A stretch of DNA of 64,000 bases from a virus (lineage: Duplodnaviria; Caudoviricetes). Shown here piece by piece: positions 18,691 to 27,001 of this stretch (position 1 is its first letter; every line of letters starts with the position of its first letter). The notes below the pieces were generated by a model, which saw only the letters and a list, made by a program, of their open reading frames with translations, did no database searches and was not told the DNA's origin. The stretch spans positions 1-64,000 of IMG/VR virus record IMGVR_UViG_2890725172_000001, one strand, 5' to 3'. Both the position numbers and the translations under genes were made by a program.

Positions 18691-19388
18691 CAGGAAGCCA
18701 GGTATCTCTTGGCAGCGCTACCGTTCCTGAGGAACTTGCTCACATCAGACGGATGAATGCCCCAACGTTCAGCAGCCTCGGCCTGACTCATTCCAGAATT
18801 GACGTCGTCCGCCATAATCTCGACGTGCTCATCGTAGAACTGAAGTGCGGGAGGGATCTTCTGCGCGACGGCCTCATAGTACTTCCGATATAGCGCCAGA
18901 TTCGAGGCACGAAGAAGCGTAAGCGCCTTGGCTCGCGCGTTAGCCGACAGCTGTTGTCTCGTCCGATCCGGACGCTTCGACACGTACTCGTCGAGCTGCT
19001 CGCCGTAGAACACCTTGTAATCCTCCGGAAGAGCGTAGGCAAGCACCCGCAGCGCTAAGTTCTTTGCACGTTCGGCGGTCTTGGGAAGCAGATGTTCAGG
19101 AAGGGGCCTTCCCGACTCAATGATCTCGTAGACCGTGACCAGGACAGGGTCAGGCTTCTTGGCGTAAGGCCTCTTGGCCCTCGTTACCCAGCGCTTATCC
19201 AGCTCCCTCTGGAAATCATTCGGATACTTGTCCCTGAGAGCGGATCGCGCTTTCCAGGACGCAAGGCTGTATGAGTGTCCGGCAGCGCGGTACTTCTGAT
19301 AAAGGGCCCGATACTCGGGAAGATACTCATTGATAAGGGCAGTGAACGCCGCATGGTTGGCAGACGACTGACTGGTGTACTCGGTCAT
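18690..19388 (-). CDS. Helical-repeat protein with C-terminal HTH
   Basis: Four AxxxLxxxyxxxYxxxY repeats; SQAEAAERWGIHPSDVSKFL. Confidence 0.7.
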   Translation of the reverse strand: MTEYTSQSSANHAAFTALINEYLPEYRALYQKYRAAGHSYSLASWKARSALRDKYPNDFQRELDKRWVTRAKRPYAKKPDPVLVTVYEIIESGRPLPEHLLPKTAERAKNLALRVLAYALPEDYKVFYGEQLDEYVSKRPDRTRQQLSANARAKALTLLRASNLALYRKYYEAVAQKIPPALQFYDEHVEIMADDVNSGMSQAEAAERWGIHPSDVSKFLRNGSAAKRYLAS

Positions 19389-19397
19389 GTGGTATAC

Positions 19398-19811
19398 CTA
19401 AACTTCTGTAGAACTCAACGCCCTGCGGCGTACGTGCTCACCCCGACCACGGAGCGGGATACCGGCCTGCACGATCACCGCGCGCACCGCGTGCTGGTTG
19501 ACGTGGCCGACACGTGCCAGCAGGGTCACGCCGTACCCAGCCTTGTACAGCAGGCGGATGGCGGCCTGCTTCGCCAGCGTCATGCCGCCCGCGTGACCTC
19601 TAGGCGGGGCGATCAGGAACTTCAGACAGTGATACTCCGCCTTATAGGCGTTGCGTAGCAGCACCATCGCCTTCTCGCTCGCCCGCACAGGCCCGCCAGG
19701 AAGCAAACGCGCCTCGTTGTAAAAACGGGAGTAATCCACCCTGTGCTTGTCGTAGAGCAGCTGCGTCGCCCGCTCCTTCGGCGTAAACGACTCATCGCGT
19801 GGCGCCGCCAT
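19398..19811 (-). CDS. Helical-repeat protein with C-terminal HTH
   Basis: Two repeats; LYKAGYGVTLLARVGHVNQHAVRAVI. Confidence 0.7.
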   Translation of the reverse strand: MAAPRDESFTPKERATQLLYDKHRVDYSRFYNEARLLPGGPVRASEKAMVLLRNAYKAEYHCLKFLIAPPRGHAGGMTLAKQAAIRLLYKAGYGVTLLARVGHVNQHAVRAVIVQAGIPLRGRGEHVRRRALSSTEV

Positions 19812-20125
19812 TATTCGTCCTCACGTCCAGTCCCACGCCACGCGCGAACCTTTACCCCACGTGCCGTCGCGAATAAGCGATACATGATGATGTACTCGTC
19901 GTAGTACTTCTTCTTGAGCCCTGACAGCGCTTTCGAGTAGAGCTTGGAGTGAGACGCCTCAGGGCCGAGCTCGTTCTTCGCGTCTGTGATGAGCGCCCAG
20001 TACTCGATCTTGTGATTATTCTTGAGCGCAGTGATGGCGTCGTTCTTCGCCTGATCGTGTGGACGCATCGGGTGTTTCGCTCGCCGTTTAGTGGTAGTGC
20101 TCATGACTCCCCTTGGACATGACAA
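19811..20125 (-). CDS. Helical-repeat protein
   Basis: AITALKNNHKIEYWAL / ALSGLKKKYYDEYIIMY. Confidence 0.7.
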   Translation of the reverse strand: MSCPRGVMSTTTKRRAKHPMRPHDQAKNDAITALKNNHKIEYWALITDAKNELGPEASHSKLYSKALSGLKKKYYDEYIIMYRLFATARGVKVRAWRGTGREDE

Positions 20126-20173
20126 ATAAGCCGAACGGCACCCAGCCGTCGACTAAATGGTTTCAGTTATGGG

Positions 20174-20839
20174 CTAGCTCTGCGACCTCTCGGCGAAATC
20201 GCTCACTGCCCTTGCCAGAAGGACAGGCGGAAGGTCCTCGTCGTCGTCATAAGACGGCGCCAGCCCCAGACCAAGTCTGAGAAAGACCTCAAGCCGTTGC
20301 GCGTTCGCATCCGTCGAGATCGACTCGATCAAGAACTCGACCATGCCAATCAACGCGTCGTAGAACTCCGGCGCCTTTTCCTTCGCCTCCTTCTCGGTCT
20401 CGATCGCCGTGATCAGCCAGGCCGCGAGGTCACGGAGCTTCTCCGGGTCCTTGCCCTGCGCGATGGCCTCGATCAGCCGCAGCTCTTCAGCGAGGCCTTC
20501 CGTCGTCCGGACGACGTAATGCCACCGGTGCTTCGGAAACCCGAACGTCTTCGCAGCGGCGGTCGGCGTCATGCCGGAAGCGACCAGTCGCTTAATGGCA
20601 GGGATCTTCGCGCGGATCGGGCTCCGACCCTCGGCGACGGCCGCGTCCCACTCCTTCTTCCGCTCCTCGAAGCTGGTGATCAGCCATCGCCAGTCCTTGT
20701 GCTCGACCCCGAGCTGCGCCCAGGCCGCCTCCTTTGTGGTGCCAGATCGCACCAACTCCAGCAGTGGTTCCCACCATGAAGGGCGGCTGAGGTCGCTGAC
20801 CTTCTCAGCCGTCGTCGTGTCGTTGTCCAGGAGAGTCAT
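20174..20839 (-). CDS. Tandem-HTH DNA-binding protein
   Basis: LVRSGTTKEAAWAQLGV and LVASGMTPTAAAKTFGF. Confidence 0.65.
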   Translation of the reverse strand: MTLLDNDTTTAEKVSDLSRPSWWEPLLELVRSGTTKEAAWAQLGVEHKDWRWLITSFEERKKEWDAAVAEGRSPIRAKIPAIKRLVASGMTPTAAAKTFGFPKHRWHYVVRTTEGLAEELRLIEAIAQGKDPEKLRDLAAWLITAIETEKEAKEKAPEFYDALIGMVEFLIESISTDANAQRLEVFLRLGLGLAPSYDDDEDLPPVLLARAVSDFAERSQS

Positions 20840-20880
20840 ACGAGCAGGGTACCTAGGTGTGCGACCCGATGGAAAGGCAC

Positions 20881-20903
20881 AACTAGTTTAAGAACTCGTC
20901 ACG
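20881..20903 (-). promoter_or_regulatory. Repeated motif copy upstream of the leftward operon
   Basis: CGTGACGAGTTCTTAAACTAGTT on the minus strand. Confidence 0.55.
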
Positions 20904-21557
20904 GTGAACTAGACAAACCGACCAGCGCCCTGGCATTATCACGACCTGGCAGTGCCGTCAACTTCATAATGGCATGCTCACGCGGCCTGCCGGTGCCGAA
21001 AATGACAGAGCGTGATGTATATCCATGCAGCCGCTCCCGGTGACACTGTCTCCCGGCTCACGGGGCATTTTCGCGCGGGTCACCAGGCACGGCAATGGTT
21101 GTCATTTTCATTTAAGGGTGGGGGGGTGTTATCAAATCGAAATGTCCGAGCCATTTACAAAACTGCTCGGCTGTGCATTGGGCCTGTGCGCGTGCATTAG
21201 TTGTGAGAATCAACATTCTCAAAGTTACTAGCCAGTTGGCTAGGGAGTGAGTGTTCACTCCGCTTCGCCGACACTGTTATGGTTTTGTGACTTCCCGCGT
21301 GGGGCCGTGGCCTGGCTACAGGGGCGTAGGGGCGCGGAGGTAGTTGGTACGCGTGGCGCGGACCGACATTCATGGCATTTATGCAGGTCGGAGCGATAAA
21401 TGTATCAAAATGCATATCATGCCATTTACATGCAACGCCCTGACCTGGGAAAACGCCATAACGTGAGATCTCCATGATCAAATAGGCGTTACTAACCCGT
21501 TATATAACCTGTCCTGGTATGTCCTATTATCCACCCATTTTGATAACGGATTGGCTA

Positions 21558-21586
21558 TAGACGACTACGTGAAAACCACGTAATGT
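21558..21586 (+). promoter_or_regulatory. Sigma70/HrdB-type promoter with a palindrome in the spacer
   Basis: TAGACG-N17-TAATGT; ACGTG-N5-CACGT at 21567-21581. Confidence 0.65.
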
Positions 21587-21590
21587 TCTG

Positions 21591-22287
21591 GGTGTCGGGC
21601 AACACGGACCGGCACGCAGGGCAGTAAGGGTTCTTCAGAAGTCGCCCGGGTTGAGCAGAGCTCCCCACGCGATCGGACCTACTTACTGGGTGTGCGTGCG
21701 AGACGGGATGGTTCCGCCTGGGCCGAATTGTCAACGGCCGGACACAGCTTCATCGACTCTGATTGGCGCACGGGTGAGAAAGCCCTAAAGGCTGACACGA
21801 ACGCGCTAGGTGCATGACCAGACCTGTAACTGGCATGTGCGAGACGGGAACGTCGCGGGACTCTGCGAACACCAGAGATGCGGCGGGAACTAGGTACGCG
21901 TGGAATGCGGCAATCCATTGGCAACCGCAGATCGCCTAGGTACGGGCTTGGTAGTGCTTGTCGGGTACTGAGGAATGGCGATCACCGGACATCGGGCCGA
22001 AATTTGGCCTGGTGATCGGGTAGGCGTAAACGGTGCGCAATCAAGTCGGGTGTATAACGCTCTGGCCCATATCGCGGATTGGGGAACGGAAACCGTGAAG
22101 GTCTGTCAGTAGGACGGTCGGATGTGTAGTTGGCATCCGAACGAGGGCAGAAACCACACGAGGAACGGGAACTGACTCTTAGGAGGTCTGCGGCTTGATA
22201 GCAAGACCGTCGTCTACGAAATGACAGGATGTGGCGCTCCCGGCAGTTGTTAGGTCACACCGGAACAAACGCTTATTGCCTGTCAAC
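21591..22287 (+). ncRNA. Candidate large (~700 nt) structured non-coding RNA
   Basis: No plus-strand ORF in the track; more than 12 helices identifiable by eye; bounded by a promoter and a tRNA mimic. Confidence 0.6.
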
Positions 22288-22357
22288 GCTCTGCTCTGGC
22301 AATTAGAGTAAGGCCGAATTTTGGCCGATTGGGGTTCGATTCCCTGACAGAGCGCCA
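22288..22357 (+). ncRNA. tRNA-like element with encoded CCA
   Basis: GCTCTG/CAGAGC-G-CCA acceptor, CTCT/AGAG arm, GGCC/GGCC arm, GGTTCGATTCC T-loop. Confidence 0.7.
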
Positions 22358-22387
22358 ATTCAGGACAACTGGTTAACCGAAAGAGAG

Positions 22388-22687
22388 ATGACCATGATCA
22401 TGCACGACCGTAGGCACACGTTTGTCTACACGCCCATTCGATTCCGCCGGTTGGAGCGCCGCGCGAACGGCGTGCATATCCGCTTCACCGGCGACCGTCA
22501 CACGTGCAAGTGCGCCTACGTGTGGCTGTACCACAAGTACAGCAAGCCCAACACGGCGCGTGCTTGCACGCGAAACGGCAAGTACGCGGCTATCGCGATG
22601 TACTGGAGTGCGCGCTTCAACTGGAACGGCAAGAACACCATTCGATACAACGGCACCAGTAAGCCGCTGTGGTTAACGCACGTCTAA
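22388..22687 (+). CDS. Basic hypothetical protein
   Basis: First ORF of the rightward operon. Confidence 0.55.
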   Translation: MTMIMHDRRHTFVYTPIRFRRLERRANGVHIRFTGDRHTCKCAYVWLYHKYSKPNTARACTRNGKYAAIAMYWSARFNWNGKNTIRYNGTSKPLWLTHV

Positions 22688-22709
22688 CCACAACCCTAAG
22701 GAGAGAACT

Positions 22710-22862
22710 GTGAAGATCCGAATCGTCAAGTGCCCGAAGCGTACGATCAGCCACGTCATGTGGAACATGACGCCGGTGTTCCTGTGGGCCGGTCCCGAAA
22801 ACGGCTACGACGGACACGTGGTCAAGTTCCGTGGGAACGGACAGTACAACTACGCGATCTAG
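22710..22862 (+). CDS. Small hypothetical protein (50 aa, not in ORF track)
   Basis: AAGGAG RBS, GTG start. Confidence 0.5.
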   Translation: MKIRIVKCPKRTISHVMWNMTPVFLWAGPENGYDGHVVKFRGNGQYNYAI

Positions 22863-22924
22863 GCCGTTGGCGATCAGGGCCGAATTCCATAAGGGGTTCG
22901 GCCTTAGGTCATCTCGGATATGTC
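22859..22924 (+). repeat. Intergenic hairpin family A, copy 1
   Basis: ctaggccgttgg...gccgaattcc-N4-ggggttcggcc...gtcatctcggat. Confidence 0.8.
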
Positions 22925-22945
22925 GCATCAATAGGAGGAATCTCA

Positions 22946-23467
22946 ATGAAGTTCACGACGGTTGACCCACAGCCGGAGGACGACAAGATCATTCCGACGC
23001 ACCGGATCAAGCTCTACGGATACGGCTGGACGCGGTTCCGGCTGATCAGTTTCGAAGCGGACACGGATTATGGCTTCTGGTACGGCAGGGCCCGTGTACA
23101 GGCGATGAACGGCGACGTTCGGTGGATTGACTTTGGTAAGTACAACTACACGAACATCGAATCCCTGACCGAAAACGACAAGGGTGCGTTCCCGTTTCAC
23201 AAGGATGCGCCGCGCGTGGGTGGCGGATACGACAAGGCGGTTCTCGGAGGAACGACGTTCTGTCCTCGTCTCGGAGAGATGACTATTAACGCTATCGCGC
23301 ACACGGACGAAACGTGGGCGGCCGTCGTCATGCAGCCAAAGGAAGGGGACGAGTGGGTGTGTTACATGGTGAACACGAAGACGGGTGAACTGTCGAATGG
23401 CGTGTTCGGTGACATGACAAACGTGTTCGTTCGCTTTGCGGAGCGTGTGAATCCGGCCGCATTCTGA
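22946..23467 (+). CDS. Hypothetical protein
   Basis: AGGAGG RBS. Confidence 0.7.
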   Translation: MKFTTVDPQPEDDKIIPTHRIKLYGYGWTRFRLISFEADTDYGFWYGRARVQAMNGDVRWIDFGKYNYTNIESLTENDKGAFPFHKDAPRVGGGYDKAVLGGTTFCPRLGEMTINAIAHTDETWAAVVMQPKEGDEWVCYMVNTKTGELSNGVFGDMTNVFVRFAERVNPAAF

Positions 23468-23532
23468 CTAGGCCGTTGGTGATTGGGCCCGAATTCCGCC
23501 AGGGGTTCGGGCCTTAGTCATCTCGGATGTGT
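23468..23532 (+). repeat. Intergenic hairpin family A, copy 2
   Basis: Near-identical to 22859-22924. Confidence 0.8.
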
Positions 23533-23552
23533 CATATAGCGAGAGGACAAGC

Positions 23553-23771
23553 ATGGAACTCAAGTTGGGTCAAACGCTTCACCACAACGCCACGGGAGAC
23601 GCCTTGCTGTTGGCTATGGCGTTCACTAGAACGGGACGCACGGTCATCGTTCTATGCGGTGGAAGCGAGTCGGTCTGTACGTTCATCGACGACAACGGAG
23701 AAATGGACGCTGGCATATACGGCACTTTGGGGTGGACCATGGAATGGTTCGCCCGTCGTGTCACTGAGTAA
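23553..23771 (+). CDS. Hypothetical protein
   Basis: GAGG RBS. Confidence 0.6.
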   Translation: MELKLGQTLHHNATGDALLLAMAFTRTGRTVIVLCGGSESVCTFIDDNGEMDAGIYGTLGWTMEWFARRVTE

Positions 23772-23786
23772 GCCGTAAGGACTCGT

Positions 23787-23839
23787 CTAGGACTCGCATC
23801 GGGTCTAGCTCTAGTAGCTAGGCCCCATTGCATGGCTAG
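23787..23839 (+). repeat. Intergenic hairpin family B, copy 1
   Basis: ctaggactcgca-[hairpin]-attgcatggctag. Confidence 0.7.
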
Positions 23840-23994
23840 CCAGTCATGTGTTGGACGCCGATTTTGGAAGGTGTCGCATGTACATGCAGTTCCTTAAGGT
23901 CACCAACACGCGTCGCCTGTTCTACGGCTACAGGATGACGCGCGCCACGTGGCGCAAGTACAAGTAGCCCAACTAGTCAACTCAAGGGAGAGAC

Positions 23995-24300
23995 ATGCAG
24001 ACCACGATTCGTCAGGTCATCCGGCATAAGCGCCGTCCGCGCCGTGAGCCGTCCAAGTCGTACGTCAAGAAGACACGCATGGTCCCGATCAAGGAATGCA
24101 CGGTGAAGGACATCCGGGAACACCTGGCGAACTGTGACCGGTGCATGTCTCCCGGAAGCCTGGTCATCTTCTATCTCGACCGGGAAAAGGCCGCGATTCT
24201 CGCGAATGATGCGAGTGAGGCGCGTTACTGGGGACTCAAGGTGGACAACCAGATTGCCGCCCACCACAAGGGTTGGCTTGAGTTCCCGATCGCGGGCTGA
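23995..24300 (+). CDS. Hypothetical protein
   Basis: GGAG RBS. Confidence 0.65.
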   Translation: MQTTIRQVIRHKRRPRREPSKSYVKKTRMVPIKECTVKDIREHLANCDRCMSPGSLVIFYLDREKAAILANDASEARYWGLKVDNQIAAHHKGWLEFPIAG

Positions 24301-24373
24301 AAAGCCGAAACGCGCAGTGATGCGCGTCGTGTTGGGTGTGGTGCCCAATGCCTGACGACTGGTAGCCGTCAGC
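24296..24373 (+). ncRNA. Type II hammerhead ribozyme (2-nt insertion after the core)
   Basis: GAAA-stem III-GUC-stem I-CUGACGA in order, with all three stems pairable. Confidence 0.7.
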
Positions 24374-24401
24374 TCCGCGCCGAATTTCAGGAGGTAGCAG
24401 T

Positions 24402-24584
24402 ATGACGAACAAGGTCAAGAAACTCGCGCTCTTCTACATCTGGGATTGGAAGCGCCGGGGGTTCTGGCTGTGTCCCACGATTTACGCGGAAGCTATCGCT
24501 GACGCCAAACTCATGGTCGAGTTGTACGGAGACACGGAAGCCGTCAACCGTCGTCTGCGTGAAATGAAGACGTACACCATCTAA
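24402..24584 (+). CDS. Small hypothetical protein
   Basis: AGGAGG RBS. Confidence 0.65.
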   Translation: MTNKVKKLALFYIWDWKRRGFWLCPTIYAEAIADAKLMVELYGDTEAVNRRLREMKTYTI

Positions 24585-24602
24585 GAGCTAGGAGATACGT
24601 AC

Positions 24603-25001
24603 ATGGGTGACCTTGAGTTGGTCATGGCTGATGTCACGCGCTCGCACCGTAGCCAGACGCCGATTTACGACGGCACGGCAAAGGTGATCGCGTCGTGGTG
24701 GTACGGAGGACACAGCCACGCTTTTACTGGCCTCAACATGTCCGGGCGTATCTACATGCCTGAACTCTTGGCGGAAATCGATGGCGCAATTGAGTACGTT
24801 CGAAAGAGCCCTGCAAATCATTGGGACGCACACAAGCGGGTCAACGATCAGGGAACGCGTAGGCACAACCTAGCGGCCTTAGAGGCCCTTAAGGTCTACG
24901 TCCAGTACCACAAGAACCGGGGGCCGCAAGAGGGATGGGGGCGCGTGTGGGTGGATGTGCTCACGCCCGAGGACGAATACAGCATCTTGGAAGGTGAATA
25001 G
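24603..25001 (+). CDS. Hypothetical protein
   Basis: AGGAG RBS. Confidence 0.7.
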   Translation: MGDLELVMADVTRSHRSQTPIYDGTAKVIASWWYGGHSHAFTGLNMSGRIYMPELLAEIDGAIEYVRKSPANHWDAHKRVNDQGTRRHNLAALEALKVYVQYHKNRGPQEGWGRVWVDVLTPEDEYSILEGE

Positions 25002-25003
25002 TC

Positions 25004-25261
25004 ATGTGCCGAAATGACTCGCCTATGGTGACCGTGTACATGCCGTCTAACGGTCTCTATCAGGTGGTACCAAGCCGCCTGGCCGCGATTGAAGCGCGGT
25101 ACCTACCGAACACGCTAGATGATCTCAAGGCGCACGTCCGGCGCATTCTGCGCGACGACTACGGCAACCCTGATGGCGCGATCGTCGCGCACATGGAAGG
25201 AATCGAAACAATCACTCAGTGCCTTGTCGTGCTCGCCGAATTACACGGCATGGGGAGCTAG
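25004..25261 (+). CDS. Hypothetical protein
   Basis: Operon ORF. Confidence 0.6.
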   Translation: MCRNDSPMVTVYMPSNGLYQVVPSRLAAIEARYLPNTLDDLKAHVRRILRDDYGNPDGAIVAHMEGIETITQCLVVLAELHGMGS

Positions 25262-25263
25262 TC

Positions 25264-25318
25264 CTAGGACTCGCAACGCGGGCACCGGTCACGTACCGGT
25301 GTCCTATTGCGTGGCTAG
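25264..25318 (+). repeat. Intergenic hairpin family B, copy 2
   Basis: ctaggactcgca-[hairpin]-attgcgtggctag. Confidence 0.7.
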
Positions 25319-25335
25319 TACAGCACGTTAGTTAG

Positions 25336-25644
25336 GTGCCGAAATATCAGGAGGTCCCGCTAGGCATGGGATTCCAGTACAGCAGTCACATCGCGGCTCT
25401 GGGGGCTCTGCGAACGCTGGCAGACAAAGAGGGGCTTTGGAGTCATCGCGACTTCAGAAGTTCCGGCCCGCAACTGTTGATCGGTGAGCCGGAAACCGGG
25501 AAGTACATCCGCGTGTTCTGCTTCCGCAACAACTACAAGGTGTTCATCCCCGGTGCGCCGGATGACGCACAGGGGATCGTATTCCGGGAAGAGCCGCAGG
25601 AAGTGTTAGACGCACTTCCCGCACTACTCAAGAATGTGACATAA
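25336..25644 (+). CDS. Hypothetical protein
   Basis: Operon ORF; may start at internal ATG after AGGAGG. Confidence 0.6.
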   Translation: MPKYQEVPLGMGFQYSSHIAALGALRTLADKEGLWSHRDFRSSGPQLLIGEPETGKYIRVFCFRNNYKVFIPGAPDDAQGIVFREEPQEVLDALPALLKNVT

Positions 25645-25864
25645 CATGATGGCCGATGAAGACGTAGACGTCGATTTCGAAATCCCGTGGTACGTAGACG
25701 ACGAATTCGATCCCGACCACTGCACGGAACACGGTCACAGTATCGACCTGTGCCGCCATCTCGACTGATCATCTGATCAAGGCCGCACACGTACCACTTC
25801 TCCGGAACGTGTGCGGTCTTATTCATGTGATCCCCAACCATCTAGCCGAAAGGCCGAATTCACC

Positions 25865-26320
25865 ATGCACGAATTCAGCGAGTACCCCAAAAAGGCAGCC
25901 AACGGTAGGGACATGTATTGGGCGTGTTGCGTCTCGACCATTGGCCCGACTTGCGGTCACAAGGCCTTGCCGCAGGATGACTCCATGACGCTCTACCCGC
26001 GTACCGAGCCTCTCAACGTCAACATGCCTAAGACGTACTTCGGTCGCAAGCCTGAAGATCTCACCCATGGTCTGGGGTGGGTGCGTGCCTGCCCGATTTA
26101 TCAGGTGCCGAGTTCTCCCGGCTCTACGCGCCCGGAAGTCGGTGAATACGCATTCTCCTGCTACGTGGTCGAAACGTTCGGCAACGACATGGTGAAAGTG
26201 CGGTTCGACTGGGACGGAGTGCCCGGCCAGCGTGAACAGATCGTCTACCCTCACGAAATTCACGCTCCCAAGTGTCAGTGCCGCGCCTGTAAGACCGACC
26301 ACATTTACAACGTCGACTAG
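25865..26320 (+). CDS. Hypothetical protein
   Basis: Operon ORF, Cys-rich ends. Confidence 0.6.
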   Translation: MHEFSEYPKKAANGRDMYWACCVSTIGPTCGHKALPQDDSMTLYPRTEPLNVNMPKTYFGRKPEDLTHGLGWVRACPIYQVPSSPGSTRPEVGEYAFSCYVVETFGNDMVKVRFDWDGVPGQREQIVYPHEIHAPKCQCRACKTDHIYNVD

Positions 26321-26350
26321 ACCCAAATCCATCGAAACGGAGAGCGCGTC

Positions 26351-27001
26351 ATGATGTTTAATCTCGAAGAGGAGACGGGCTACCGCTGCGCGGTGGACGG
26401 TCGCGACTTCTACACGGAAGAGATGAGGCTCTTACTCAAGGTCAGGTTCCGAATTTCGGTGCCCCTGAAGAACCCCGAGATGTTCGACTACCTGAATGGT
26501 ACGGTGTTCCTCTGCGGGCCGTGCCGTCGTGATTTCGAGCACATCATCGCGCCTCACATCATCAAAGAACGGGAGCACACCTGTCGTGAGCCTGAAGGCG
26601 AACAGGCCAACGAGTGTGAAGCGAACGGGCACCAGGAATACACCGAATATGAGGTGTTGTGGATCGAGGTGTGCGAGTTCGACACTGACGTCAACGGCAA
26701 TCCCAAGTCCATCTATGAGGTCGCGGCAGAGGACATGACGCGTGACTGCGGGTGGCCTCTCACGGACGGATACGACTGGTTCTCTTGGGAGCCCTACCAG
26801 GAATACCGAACCAGCGCCGACACCTGTTACACGCAAGACAAGGCGTTCTTGCGCGGTCAGTGGCCTGATGGTGATCACTACGAGGCTCACGGCCGAATCC
26901 GCGACGTGTTCGACCGCTGGGAGACCAAACGGCGTACCGAGTGGGACGACTACCAGGCGCGCACCGCTGCCCATCAGGCTCGGATGAAGACCAACGCGTA
27001 A
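26351..27001 (+). CDS. Hypothetical protein
   Basis: GGAG RBS. Confidence 0.7.
   Translation: MMFNLEEETGYRCAVDGRDFYTEEMRLLLKVRFRISVPLKNPEMFDYLNGTVFLCGPCRRDFEHIIAPHIIKEREHTCREPEGEQANECEANGHQEYTEYEVLWIEVCEFDTDVNGNPKSIYEVAAEDMTRDCGWPLTDGYDWFSWEPYQEYRTSADTCYTQDKAFLRGQWPDGDHYEAHGRIRDVFDRWETKRRTEWDDYQARTAAHQARMKTNA

Noticed and set aside
21950-22010. Second hammerhead (CTGAGGA...GAAA)
   Set aside because: Stems I and III and an NUH triplet cannot be assembled in register
21591-22357. tmRNA or self-splicing intron identity for the large RNA
   Set aside because: No G3-U70 alanine determinant or 5' acceptor strand at the far end, no tag ORF, no recognisable group I core or group II domain V, and no interrupted gene
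25264-25335. Pistol or HDV-like ribozyme call for hairpin family B
   Set aside because: CGTGGCTAG resembles fragments of those consensuses, but the required pseudoknot partners are absent
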